Of a stretch of 64,000 nucleotides of DNA, positions 25,416 to 39,001 are shown one piece after another. Within the stretch, counting starts at the first letter, position 1. Each line of letters begins with the position of its first letter. The notes below the pieces were generated by a model. The model saw nothing but the letters and a program-made list of their open reading frames with translations, ran no database searches and was not told the origin of the DNA. Source of the DNA: Podospora anserina (taxonomy: Eukaryota); contig CM030332.1 of the NCBI GenBank assembly GCA_017654855.1, positions 7,006,001-7,070,000 on the forward strand, read 5' to 3'. Made by a program: the position numbers and the translations under genes.

Positions 25416-26105
25416 CGCGGTAGGTAGTAACCTCACACACACGCACACCTTTGCTCGGGCCAACCTGAACAGGCAAATCTGGCAAATGGGTTGAATACTA
25501 TCGATCTGTTGTTACACTACCCGCCCCCGAATACCCTCGTTTTCTTTCTTTCCTTCTGTCTGTCCCGTTCTGCCCGCCAGGCCACCACGGCTAACCTCTG
25601 ATTACCTGGCGTATAGACTGTCACGTCGTTTTAGTTGGCTTCGCGAGATCGAAGGCCACTGGTTTGTTGAAGATTAATTCTCTCGTTTTCCTGTTTGTTT
25701 GGGCCTGGTTCGTGTGACGGCGCACGCTGGGTTCGGTCCAATCTTTTTTTTCCATTCTCCTACGCTGGCATAGATTACGCTCGTTTGTCGCGGCTACACA
25801 CGCGTCCGGTTCCACGACTCTGGGATTTGGGACTGGGGCACCCGACGTTTGCGATACCAGGTGTTTATGAGGTCCGAAGGTTGAGACAGACACGGTTTAC
25901 TATTTACCATCAGCGGCAACTCGTGCCACCCGCCCTCCAGCAAACATTGGCAAACCGTTTCTTGTCGAAACCAAATCAGCAACAGCCTATGCTCGTGGAG
26001 TCGAAAGAAGGACCGGAAGGATTCGAAAAAGCCAGGGAAAGGAGGACTCGAAGGGAACGAACAGCCGGACTGGATGAGCCGAGGTGCAAGAGGGCTCTGA
26101 GCTAA

Positions 26106-28761
26106 ATGAGTACGAAAGATGGGAGAGGTATGGACCGATCACCACCAGCTGGGTCAATTGCAAGGGCGAGGGAGCGTGCCGCTGCTGGGTTACCGAGGCA
26201 GGAAAGGTCGCCACCAAGGTCAAGGCGAGGGGCAGCTGATGAGGAACCGCAAATCTCAAGACCATCGAGACCACAAGCACCACCAGGACTACAGACGAAG
26301 GATGGGAATATCGGCGTGGCGATCTCCCGCCCGACACAGGTTCCACAATGGCCCCTGGCAGGCGGTCCTATTATAGCTCCCTCGAGTGCCAGCGGTGAAC
26401 CGTATCGACCACCGCCGGGCAAGTCGCAGCCGCCGCAACGACCTCCGCGTCCGAGCCGAGTGCCCTCGATATTGGACGGCTCCAAGGTGCAGGATCCCAC
26501 GCCGGTATTCCAGTATCGCCCGCGACCCGGAAGAGAACCCTCGGGCCAGGAGTTGCTACCCGTGCCAGAAACGCCGTCCTCGGTGTCCCGAGCATCAACA
26601 CAATCTTCAATAGTGTCAATACCTGACTTCCCCATCCCAGCCCAGATTCCACCAGGACCACCGAGACGAAGCGTCAACCTCGGACCGCCGCCCTCTGCGC
26701 GACGTGGTGTTTCGTCTTTCTACTCCAATGTATCATATGTTTCACCTATTCCCGAAGAGAGCCCTCGCTCTCGATCACATACATCTTTTGCCTCGAGCGC
26801 TGCGATACCTGATGGCTGGGACACACCATCACCCGGACCCAGTCCTCAGTACCCGGAAGCCTTTTACGACGACACTATCCTGGAGGAGGCCGGTCCTTTT
26901 GGTGATGAGGAGGAGAGTCGGTTGGTACGAAACGCTAGTGTCGGAAAACGAGCGAAGCCAACTCTCGTGGGAACCGTAGTGGCTCCTGGCCCGCAACAGG
27001 AAGATCAAAACAGGAGGCCGGAGCCAAGGCCACTGCAAGGCGGGCCGTTTGACGAGGGTACAGGTTACGTGGACTATTCGAGTTCTTCCAGCACGATTCC
27101 AGCTTCAGCGAGGTTGCCTATCGGCGCGGCAGTCACTCGGGATTCTGTGATCAACGCCTTGTCCTCGGCAAGTGCGGATGATCCGTCGACCACACCGGCA
27201 CAGCGAGAAGAAAAAACACCATCTCCACAAGAAACTCTAGAACCTAGACAATACAGCCGGCTGTCGGCCATTCGAAGACCGCCACGGTTGGATATGGATG
27301 CTGTACGAAAGGCCGAGGCGAGGGGGAGCTTGACGAGTTTGCCAGAATTGATCAGACGGGCGACGAAACTAGCTGCGAGTTTGGAAAAGGGCAAGAGGCC
27401 GGCGAGTCGGTTCGATGACCTGGACTATTCGGGTTCGGAGGGATATGGAGGTGAGGGCACATCTTGGCTCGATATATAAAGAACAGAAGCTAACACGCCA
27501 TGAAGTTCGCAATGAGAAGCATCAATCCGGGCTCTCGGACATGCTCGCAGCCTTCCCACCACCCGCCCAACCAGGAGCAAGCAGCAGCCGTCGCAGTATC
27601 CGCAACAGCATACGAGACCATGTTCAGTCATGGCCATTGCCGATGAACACACGCTCCAACAACACATCTCGGGAAGCCAACGGCTCTGACAGCGACCCTG
27701 ACAATCCGGACAAGAAGCAGAACCGCCGGTGCTGTGGGCTCCCTCTTTGGGGGTTTATCGTGGTAATGATTGTCATTCTGGTCATCATGGCCGCCGCTAT
27801 CATTATCCCGATCGAGTTCTTCGTCATCCGCAGGCAAAACAACGGCAACGACGCCCAAGCCTCGATACAACAATGTCAAGAGCAGTTGAAATGCGCCAAC
27901 GGGGGCACCAACGTCGTCAACGACGGAATTTGCTCCTGCATCTGCACCGGCGGCTTCACCGGCTTCGACTGCACCACCGCTCCATCACCAGGCTGCACCA
28001 CCTTTACTCTCTCCAGCCCGGAGAACATGTCCAATGTTACCGTAGGGGACGCCATCCCACGACTTATCCAGCAAGCCCAGAGTAATTTTTCCATTCCGTT
28101 AGATGGGGAGCAGGTCATCGCCAAGCTTAACTCGGCCAACATGTCCTGCACAGCGACCAACGCCCTGGTGACCTTTGACGGCAGTGCCGTCCGCCAAAGC
28201 AGTGCGGCTGCTCTGGCGCAGGTTAATGATGTCAATGTCAACGCGGTGGTGGTCGATGGGGTGTTTTGGACTACGATTACAATTTTCGCAGGGCAGTCCA
28301 CCACCATCACGATTGATGCTCAGAATCCCTTGGGGACTCCCACCGGCACCGTCCGGCAGGGGGGATCTACGGTGTTATCAACGGGGACGGGAACGTCAAT
28401 AAGACCAACACTGACAGTCACACCAACTGTCACCCGGACGGTTACCACGACGATCCCGCTGAGTTCAGGGCAGACCACGGTGCCTACGCCGACGCCGACG
28501 CCGACGCCGGGGTTCAAGGTCACGGAGGATGTGCTGGATTTTGCGAGGGTGGTGGTGTTGTTTGTGCTGCAGGAGGAGAGCTTGAGGGGGGCGGAGGGGG
28601 TGCAGGTTGCGTTGCAGAATTTGTTTAGCAGGACTAGCCCGGTTGTGAGCGTGGAGGAGGCGAGGAACGTGACTGTTGGAGGGGGGTGGAGTGTGGATTT
28701 GGTGGACTGGAGGGTTGATCTTGGGAAAGGGGTGGTAGGGGGGACGCATGAGGATGGATAA
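26106..28761 (+). CDS. Uncharacterised single-pass membrane protein: Pro/Ser-rich N-terminus, TM helix, EGF-like Cys module, Thr-rich region; intron 27451-27505
   Basis: Two long ORFs joined by GTGAGG..GCTAAC..AAG; TM LPLWGFIVVMIVILVIMAAAIIIPIEFFVI; CANGG..CSCICTGGFTGFDC. Confidence 0.85.
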
Positions 28762-30630
28762 GGGTGCGGGGTGGGGAATATTTTGGTTTCTATACTATAA
28801 TGCCGGGAGCGATCTTTTTTTACTATTTGGGTGTTCAAGTTCAAAGGGGGAGGTGGCAGGGAATCAAGGCTAGGACCTTTATGTGAGGAGCGTGGTTACT
28901 TGATCGAGAGGAGTATCAGGGAGTTTGGGGAGAGGCGAGAAGACTGAAAAGCTGTTGTACAATACCAACCAACCTTGGAGAGAAGGCTTTTCACAGCGAG
29001 CTTTTTTTCATAATCCTGCCGTTCTTTATCTAGGTGGCGGGGGGCGTCTTGGAGATATGGAGTTGGAGTTGCGAGAAGTTTTGGGGAGCAAGAGAAGAAA
29101 TCTGCAGATATGTTTGATACCAGACCGTTGGGGATATTTACGCCTTGAATTAATGTTGATTTATACAGAATCGCTTGATTGTCGTTTACATTGCCACCTC
29201 TCCCTTTTGCTCTTTTGTTATCAAGTTGCCATTGAAAGGCAAGCTGGGACAACGATAGGACACCCAATCAGGAAGCTCTCCCCGTCCCGATTAGGATATA
29301 GATGATGTAGCCGAGTTGAAGCGATGTGCCAAGATTATGTAGGATGCAAGCGAGCAGAAGGATAACAGATGGTTTAACCGTGGGAATTGAGGGGATTTAC
29401 AGTATGTGGCCTTTTCTACAGAATACTGTCGTGTACAGTTGGGATTGGTTCTGCTTGAGGAAACTCAGTATCACGGAAAATCGGGATTGTTGACGGGCAG
29501 TCGCGATTCAAACAGACCCCGACGATGAGGTTGAGAGTGGGGAGGAGATGGACCCCTGCGGAGAAGATAGTTTCTGGGGTGTTGCCTCTTTCTTCGTTGG
29601 AGCGGGGTGAGGAGGATGGTTCTGGAGCTTGCGGATGAGGCTGTCAAAGAGACTGAAGCTGAGGACGAGAAGGAATTCAGAAGAGTGATTATGAGTACAA
29701 GAGGTTGGTGATATACATGGCCGCTAAGACGGACCTGCTTCCGTCCTGCCTGTTGTTATTTACTGCGTACAGGAAGGATTGGTATTTATGGTGTATTGAT
29801 GGCGTAACCGGGCTGGCCCTGGGAGGGGCTGGTTGCGCAAGGTCCGGTCGGTCTGTCGGTCGGTGGTTCACATTAGGTGCGGGGTGTTTCGGGGTCTTGG
29901 ACGGGGTTTGCTGAATTGGGGATTTTGCTTGGAAGAATACCCAGAAGCAGATGAGATGAAAAGAAAAGTGGCGAGAGGATCGCATGAATTCGGCAGGGAA
30001 AAGAAATCAAGAAAGTGTGGTTATCATGTGACGCAGACGATGAAACTGCTCAAACCAATCGACAAGCTTCCAGAGCAGCAATCAACAAGACGCACGTTCG
30101 AAAGGATCGAAACAGGAAATGTGTGGAGAAAATCGAGCATGCCTGAGGCCCCTAATTATTACGTCTATTGGCGCCGAGCACCTCCGCTCTCTTTCCCTTC
30201 TTGGCCTGGGAGGGGCCATCATTTGGCTGACGCCACCCAGACAATGTTTGGCTCCGGCAGGCCCGGGTCTCTAACGATAGCAGTCCATTATTAACAGTCA
30301 GGGTCGTCGCCAGCAGGCCAGTGGCCACTACGCAACACACCTCCAACAACACAACACATTTCACCATCACACAAAGTCGACTGGCTCGCATCCTCCCATC
30401 GATACCTAACCAACTAACCGACAAATCACCATCGTTTTTTATCCGCGCTTTCCCTTTTTGCTGTTTCTTCCTCCAACCTGAGAACTCACCACACAACCAC
30501 CGCGACAAGTGCCTGTCGACTTCCCGCCGCTGGACGATTAGCGATAACCCTCACTAGCTTGACTTACAATCGACACGCGGCCCCTAAACACAACCAACAA
30601 CACCAACAATACACTGTTCCGTCGGCAATC

Positions 30631-31854
30631 ATGCTCATGAAGTCACTCTCACTTGCAGCGGCTGCCGGCCTTTTGGCCGCCCCGGCTGCTAACGCATTTC
30701 TCATCCCTCCCGAGATCAGCGAGTCCGACCTCAAGATCGCCCAGGAAGTCGAGTTCGCCGAGCCCAAAATCGCAGAGGTCCAGCCCATCGATCTTGAATG
30801 CCCTGGATGCCCGCTCAACATCAAGGGGCGATTTGGACAAGACATTCAGGTCAAGACTGGACGACCAAACCACCTCGAGCTTCTGTTTGCCATCGAGCAC
30901 CGCCCTGAAGGTGGCGATCGTTTGTTGGTGAACGACTTTGAATTGTACCCCTTTGCCGACCCATTCTCTAGCAATTTGATGGCGCCGCAGGTGTTGGATG
31001 ACGGTGCAGAGGTGGAAAAAAGACATGATCACCATGGTGGAGAAGAAGATGGGCATCGCAGGGGCAAGCACCATCGACGACCGAAACCGCAGGCTCAGCG
31101 ACTTGGCTTTGGGCTTCATGTCTCCCCGGTTCAGAAGGATACTGATGGCAATTTTGAGCTTATTGAGGTTGAACTGCAGGTTATTGAAGTCGGGTACACG
31201 TTTGTCGAGAACATTCCCAAGGTCAGGGTCAATCTTGTGAAGGATCAGGAGGGTAAACTCCTCATGACCACCGTCGAGAAGACCGCCCCCCAGACTATTG
31301 TCGAGGTTTCCGATGAGGACAAGCCCGCCGAGTGCACCACTCGGATCTGCCAGCTCATGGCTGCCGCGCACGAGAAGATGGAGCAGCTCCGCAAGATGAG
31401 ACTTCCTGGTTGCCATGGTGGTAACAAGGAGGGTATGGGCATGAGACCTGCCTTCCACCACGGAGGCGAGCACCATCACGGCGGCCACCACGGCCACAGC
31501 GAGCCTCGCCCTGGTCGCATGGGCATGCGCGAGCACAGCTGGGGCAAGCTGTTCAAGAACATCACCTCGCACATCTTGCTTCCGGTCCTCATCGGTCTCG
31601 TCGCTGGTGTCGCCGTTAGCTTGATCGGTATGGCGGTTGGTACCGTTATTGTTGGCTTGTGGCGCTTCTTCCGCAAGCCTACCCACACTTCCCGTAGACA
31701 CTCCAGACGTCACTCTCTCCACAAGGCTTCCCACAAGGAGGCCGTTGTTGCCGAGGAGAAGTCTGGGCTTTTGGCTGAGGAGGAGCAGGATGCCCCTCCT
31801 GCTTACCAGGATGCGGAGACCAACACCGCCGCCAAGCCCGCCGGGGAGGTGTAA
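30631..31854 (+). CDS. Uncharacterised type-I membrane protein with signal peptide, His-rich segments and a C-terminal PPAY motif
   Basis: Intronless ORF with strong codon bias; signal peptide MLMKSLSLAAAAGLLAAPAANA; TM ILLPVLIGLVAGVAVSLIGMAVG; DAPPAY. Confidence 0.85.
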   Translation: MLMKSLSLAAAAGLLAAPAANAFLIPPEISESDLKIAQEVEFAEPKIAEVQPIDLECPGCPLNIKGRFGQDIQVKTGRPNHLELLFAIEHRPEGGDRLLVNDFELYPFADPFSSNLMAPQVLDDGAEVEKRHDHHGGEEDGHRRGKHHRRPKPQAQRLGFGLHVSPVQKDTDGNFELIEVELQVIEVGYTFVENIPKVRVNLVKDQEGKLLMTTVEKTAPQTIVEVSDEDKPAECTTRICQLMAAAHEKMEQLRKMRLPGCHGGNKEGMGMRPAFHHGGEHHHGGHHGHSEPRPGRMGMREHSWGKLFKNITSHILLPVLIGLVAGVAVSLIGMAVGTVIVGLWRFFRKPTHTSRRHSRRHSLHKASHKEAVVAEEKSGLLAEEEQDAPPAYQDAETNTAAKPAGEV

Positions 31855-33003
31855 ACTAGTGGTGTATGAGATAAAGGTGCTCGAAGGAGAAGATTGGAAA
31901 GTTGCCACAGGGGGGGCGGGAGGCTTTTGGATTGCGGGCGTTTTTAGGGGACCCTGACTGAGCTGGACAAAAACACACAAGGCTGACACTCCTTTTGATT
32001 TTCTTCATCATCATTGTCAAAACGAGGGTTGTTTTTTTCCGGATTCCAGTGTTTTTCGTTTTTTTCTTTTAAATTTTCCTATTGTTTGGTCTTTTTTTCT
32101 CTTGATCATCAAAAATACCCACATTCCTTTTTAGTTTTACACACCTACTCGGAGATGAAATATGAACAACAATCTGTCAAGATTTGACCTCACTGAGTTT
32201 GTCCTTCCCTTGATGTGTGCATGTGTGACGGGGCGGGGAGAAGCAGAGGTTGTCAAGGTTTGAGCTAATGTGCCTTTGTGATGCAACGAAAATGAAAGAT
32301 GGGTTGCAGGATGGGGGTTTTCCGTGGGAGATCTCCCGAGATCTGCCTTGCAGTATGCAGCTATTTTGGATGGGTGGGTGGTTTTGAGGCCGGTGAGGTG
32401 TTGGACTGTGTGGAGACATTTGGAGGGTGTAAGTCAATGTTCAGTCTCTTTAGCCTAGGACTGTTCTGAGAAGAGTCAGAGAAGATTAGCTGTGTCTGGT
32501 CTAGAAAGTCAGCTTCCAAGAGATGGTTCCCCTCATGTCCAGCAATCTCTCACCGTATCAATCATACTGTGTAACTCGAATGTGGACACATCCAAGAGGT
32601 GGCCGCCAAACAGGTCGCAGTTCGCCTCTTGTTTCTCTGCGCCCGCCCCCGCCCGCCTGCGGCTTTCAAATCCCGGACTCCACACGGGCTATCTTTGCTG
32701 TTGTTATCGATAAGCATGTCCCCAATTCGCTCCACCAAATTTCTCCCCACCGCCTTTGGTCGCAACGCTGGCAGAATTCGCTTTTTTCGCAGAATTGCTC
32801 TCGACCCTTGCCGCAGCACAACGACTTGGCGACAACCTTTTTATTTATTTTTTTTACTCTCTCTCTCTCTTTTCGTTGCTGGTTGAATTTCTTTGTCAAC
32901 CACCACCCATCACCGATTCCACCTCCAGTCGCAATCCATATTTTTCTGGATCGCGCTCTCCTTTTCTCACATTGCTTGATTTGAGGAAAACAACAAAGCA
33001 ACA

Positions 33004-34206
33004 ATGGGCAAGTCAAGCTCCAAGAAGCGCTCCCGCTCCGACGAGGACGACATCGCTGTCGCGGCGCAAGAGCAGGAGGTTATGAAGAAGAGCAAGGTGG
33101 ACGAGAACGGCAAGAGCGAGGTGACAAAGTCTGAGTCTTCCGACAAGAAATCCAAGAAGGAAAAGAAGGACAAGAAGGAGAAGAAGGACAAGTCTGAGAA
33201 GAAGGACAAGTCTGAGAAGAAGGAGAAGAAGGAGAAGAAGGACAAGAAGGAAAAGAAGGAAAAGAAGTCCAATTCGGCTGCCGAGGAGGAGGAGAGGGAG
33301 GAGAAGGAGGAGGAGGAGGAGCCCGCCGCCGCTGAGGAACCAGCCGTCGAGTCCTCCGAGAAGAAGTCCAAGAAGGACAGGAAAGACAAAAAGGACAAGA
33401 AGGACAAGAAGTCCAAAGAGGAGAACCAGCTCCCCCCCTCCCACCCCGACGCCCAAAAACCAAAGTCGCAAGAGGAGGCAATGGCGGAGGAGACCCAACC
33501 CAAAGGCCGCTTCATCTGCTTCGTCGGCAACCTCCCTTACACGGCCACGGCGGACTCCCTCACCGCCCACTTCGCCGCTCTCCAGCCCACCTCTGTCCGT
33601 CTCCTCACCGAGCGCGACGACCCCAAAAAGTCGCGCGGGATCGCCTTTGTCGAGTTTGACCGCTTCGACAGGATGAAGACGTGCCTGGAGAAGTTTCACC
33701 ACACCGAGTTTGAGGGGAGGAAGATTAATGTTGAGTTGACGTATGTTCCCCCTTATCCCCTTTCCCCCTGATGGATGTTTCTGCTGACAAGTTATACGCA
33801 AATAATTAGTGCCGGCGGCGGAGGCAAAACCCCCCAACGCCTCGACAAGATCAAGGAGAAGAACGCCAAGCTCAACGAGGAGCGCCGCAGCAGGATGAAG
33901 AAGGTGGAGGTCGAAAAGGCCGAGAAGGAAAAGGCAAAGGCTGCTGGCGGTGCTGAGGAGAAGCCTGCTGAGGAGAAGCCTGCTGAGGAGGAGGACGACC
34001 AAGCTGGTATCCACCCTTCCCGCCGGGCGCAGGTCGGGGTCGAGTTCAACGAAGATGAGGAGGACAATTTCGGGTATAGCAATGGTGGTGGTGGCAGGGG
34101 TAGGAGGGGTGGTGGTGGTAGAGGCGGTGGTGGTAGGGGGAGAGGTGGTGGTAGAGGTAGAGGTGGGAGAGGTGGCGGCGGTGGGAGGAATCAAAAGAAG
34201 TGGTAG
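33004..34206 (+). CDS. NOP6: Nucleolar RRM protein, Nop6-like (KKE/D repeats, RRM, RGG tail); intron 33741-33809
   Basis: RFICFVGNLPY, SRGIAFVEF, GRKINVELT/AGGGG, GIHPSR, RGG box. Confidence 0.82.
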
Positions 34207-35215
34207 ATCATTTCCACTGCTGGCTTGAGAGGGGGGAAAATATAGGAGAAAATGGATTGGTAAAAAAAAATGGGAAAAGGGAGTGGATACAGGTTTCACA
34301 CCTGGGCTTCTCTTTGCTGTTAGGTAGATATAATGTGGTTCTGGCTGGTTGGTTGGACAGTGGTGTTCTAAGCAAAAGTTGGAGTACGCTTATGATACCC
34401 CTTTTGTTTTCTGGCTGAAAAAGTTGCAGAAATAGAAGAGTGTAGGGCTCAGAGAGAAGAGAGAGAAGAATGGAGAGTTCGTGTCGTCAACCATCTAGGG
34501 TGTATCGGTCTTTTTTGAACACGGTGATAAGCTGAGAGAGCCAAGTGAATTCGGATTATCGTGCGGCACCACGGGAAGCCAGTATACGAGACACTAAATT
34601 GTCATCAGCATACAAATACAAACAGACACCGCATTTCACATCAAAGCAGTTTCAAGATGTCTTCTTTCGCAAGTTCATCAAATTCTCCCCTCCTCCCACC
34701 TCAACCCCAAAACTACGTTCCCCTCCCCTCCCCACTCCTCCTCCCTCCCCAACCCAGCTATCTACGGGAAATAATAAATAAAAAGAAACGAGAAGCAACG
34801 GAAAGAGCCCTAGTAACAACCCCTACAGTATTGACGGTTGGGTAGGATCACCAACGTGTGGAGGAAACACAAAAACGTGAGAGTTCGTTGAGAGCGACAT
34901 GTGCCTGATTACTCGACACTCTTGTATACCCCCAATACAATATCTGCGGCCATAAAGCCAGAAAAAGGTTGATTCAAACAGCCTAGGTATTTTTGTACCT
35001 TGCATGACTGCCTTCATCCCTTCTTCCGTCTAGTCAAGCCTCAAATCTTGCAGGGTATCCCATACTAAAGGTACGGTGTAACCCCCGAACTACACGTCAT
35101 ACTTCATCCACACGCGAAGCCACCCCGGAAAAGGTTTGAAGGAGGTGTTATTGGGGTTGTACTATGGAGGTTGAAGCCAAATAGCAGGCGCAGGCATATG
35201 TCGTCGGGTATAGAT

Positions 35216-35216
<1 letters not shown>

Positions 35217-35249
<33 letters not shown>
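35217..35249. repeat. (GT)n microsatellite in the rac 3' region
   Basis: About 16 GT units, read directly. Confidence 0.95.
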
Positions 35250-35250
<1 letters not shown>

Positions 35251-35357
35251 TTGTATGGTTTGCATTACGGAAAACAATCGTTCGTCGTCGTAGCGATTAG
35301 CAAGAAGCACTTCCTTTTTGCTTTTTTTTTCGAATTGAAGACGAGAAAACAAGGTTA

Positions 35358-36272
<915 letters not shown>

Positions 36273-39001
36273 GGTTGAGAGATATTTGGCTTCTCGTGTG
36301 AATTAGTGTCGCTGCTGGAAGGCTGAAAACAAAAAAAAAAACAAAAAAATAACAACAGTATCGGGCCTCGAAGGTGATGCAGTGATGCACTCGGTGCAAT
36401 CGAATTCGAAGGGCGGCGGAAGGATGCGGGAGCAGGGTTGCAACGAGTGAGCAAGCGGAGCAGAAGGGCGACAAGAATTGCCCTGCGCTGGATATGAGTT
36501 GGCAGATGTGTTTGGACGTAGTTCGGACCACGGTTCTGGATATGGATGATTCTCGACTGCGAAAGGGCAGAAACGGCACCTAGAGGAATCAGAAAAGGTT
36601 TTGACACAGGGCCGGAACGGTTTGGTGCCGGGAAAGGAGGTGTGGGATTCGAATTCGGGCGCGCAATGGGGGAGTTGGGACGTTGGGACGCTGGCGGTCC
36701 GGGCAGAACAGGCCGGGCGAGTCGAGATAAAGAGCCAGCGGCACTGTGTGGGAGCCTTCGGCAAGGTACTGTCCACCCACTCCAGCAGGACAACAGCTCC
36801 CCCTGCGCTGTCGTTTGACTGGCTGGCTCCAAACCTGCAGAACACGGCTCCACCATCGTCGCCCCCGGCGTACCATCGTCTTGGCGGCACATGTCCTGTC
36901 TGGGCGGGTCGAGCTTCCACTGGGAATGGGCCCTGGCACTGGGCCACCAGGAGAGGGAGTTTTTCCTCTGACACTTTCGGCGTCAACCGCCCTTGACCAG
37001 GCGAGACATGTGAGGGGCAAGCTCCAGAGGTCGGCGCGACGATCACAGGACCGAGCACGACTCTGTTCCGACACGCGATTCGCCTCCAGGGCAACAAGTG
37101 TGCCGACGCCATCCCCGCGTAGGTGCCCGCCTCTAGGAGAGCTGCTGTGCTGCTCGGCGCCGAATAGTGCTGTGCAGGGGAACAATAGGACGACGGGATA
37201 GGTTAGAGGGATGACATACCGGATAGTGGCTCAGGAGCTTTTACCTTATCGGATCGCTGTTCTCCAGGTATAGCGATGGCTCCTAAGGTGAGGTGAGGTG
37301 TGGTGAGTATCAAATAGCCGCACTGTGTCGCAATTTTGGTGTAGCTAACGTAGGACTCCTATCCCCCGCGAGGTTCAAGGAGTTATCCGTGCAGTGGTTT
37401 TCGACTCTTCGAAACGTTTGGCGATGCGTCCTTTGCGGGCCGTGCAAGCTTGCGTCGACTTGGCAGAAATATCTTGCTTTCAATCGTGGGTGGTTGGCAA
37501 ATCAACCGGAGTTCATCTTTCAACAGTTAAACGCCAGGGGCAGCACGGCTGGTTTTATCTAACAACCTGTCAAGAGGTGTGTCTTCAAAGTCGGTATAAG
37601 CGACCAAGCTGAAAGCAGCCTCTATGGGCCTCGCCCACCAAGACGTTGTTGCACCACACAGCAATCCGTCTCGAGCGGCACGGTGACCGTCCTCGAACCT
37701 GCCCGGCCTCTGATCGCCCGGCCGCCGTCCTGATACAAGAATACCTAGTCATCGTATCGGGACTAGGACAGCATGGTGGCTCTTCCACAACATCGAGTAC
37801 ACCACCGGATTTATTAACTGCTCAACGGCTTGAATCCCGCGCCCGGATGCATAACGTGGGTACACGAGAGTGGGGTATGATGGAAAAAGTCATCGTATCA
37901 ATATACATCTATCAGATGGTGTGAATCTTGCTGCACTGTATACCAGTGTTTATTTACTTCGTCGAGCGATTTCGAAAGTTTCAACAGTCATGGACCGAGA
38001 CGGCGGGTCTGTGGTTCACTGATCGACAGAACTGAGATCATATCTAAGCCTCCACGTTCCCCCGCGGGGTTGGGCTTGTGGAGGTATGTCAGCGGGCATA
38101 TACGTTGTTGACAGAGGTAGGACCATTTTCCCAGGTGATGGTGCGAGCACTGCGGGTGAACAACAACGAGCCGAGATCAGGACTTCAGGCACTGGTGCGT
38201 CTTGACGCACGTATGTAACGGGAGGCTTTGGAGGTTTGGATATGGAGGAGGGCCAAGCGTCGGGGCCATGGCGGAAACACTGCTCTCCTGATTCGTCTGG
38301 CTATGTTCGTTTCTGTGACAATCCCTGACAACGCCGCGGGATGGGGCCAAAGCTCACAGTGAGCGATGGACACCATCAACTGTCCTGCCAGTCGGGAAAT
38401 CCGATGGCCCTCTGTCAGGGCTAGCTATCAGCGTAAGGGCCCAGGTGGTTGACCTTTCTGCTGATACTCTGGTTGCTGACCAACGCGTATAGCATTCCCC
38501 TCTGGCTGTTGAAAGCGCCTTACCAACGGCGGCGAAGTCATCGCGGGCCGCAAGTGGCTAACTTGACGCAACGACCGGCTAGGAACATGTCCAAGAGCGA
38601 GTCAGACGAGACACCAAGGAAGTGAACAAAAATCTTCCCGAGTCTCATCCATCTGACGTTGGATTGAGATGTTGACTCTGGTTTAGACAGGGCTGTGAAC
38701 ATCTTAATTGTTGCGTGGGGTGAACGCTTGGCACCAAGTCGGTGGTTCAAAGTGGATATCCAGAGGCCTATCAATCGCTTATCGTAGCTCCACAATCAGC
38801 TTGTGGGGGTGTGTTATGCGCATCTTGGAAGTTCGTCGCGTCACCCGGGAACAGCTACAACAACCACACGCGTCGATAATGTAGTTGATCTGAGAGAGTA
38901 GACGAGGAGCGCCAAATACCATGCTTGTCTGATATCTTGAGATGGGAAAATAAAACAGCAATCACGGTTTCCCCGTTTTCATAACCCACCCGATCTGCAC
39001 C

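Noticed and set aside
29400-29990. Possible small minus-strand gene (LIRKLQNHPPHPAPTKKEATPQK...)
   Set aside because: No consistent start or splice model could be built
30649-34299. Long minus-strand ORFs (446 aa, 428 aa, 187 aa)
   Set aside because: Antisense shadows of codon-biased plus-strand genes
36300-38950. Overlapping ORFs upstream of rac
   Set aside because: GC-rich promoter/5'UTR sequence without protein-like composition
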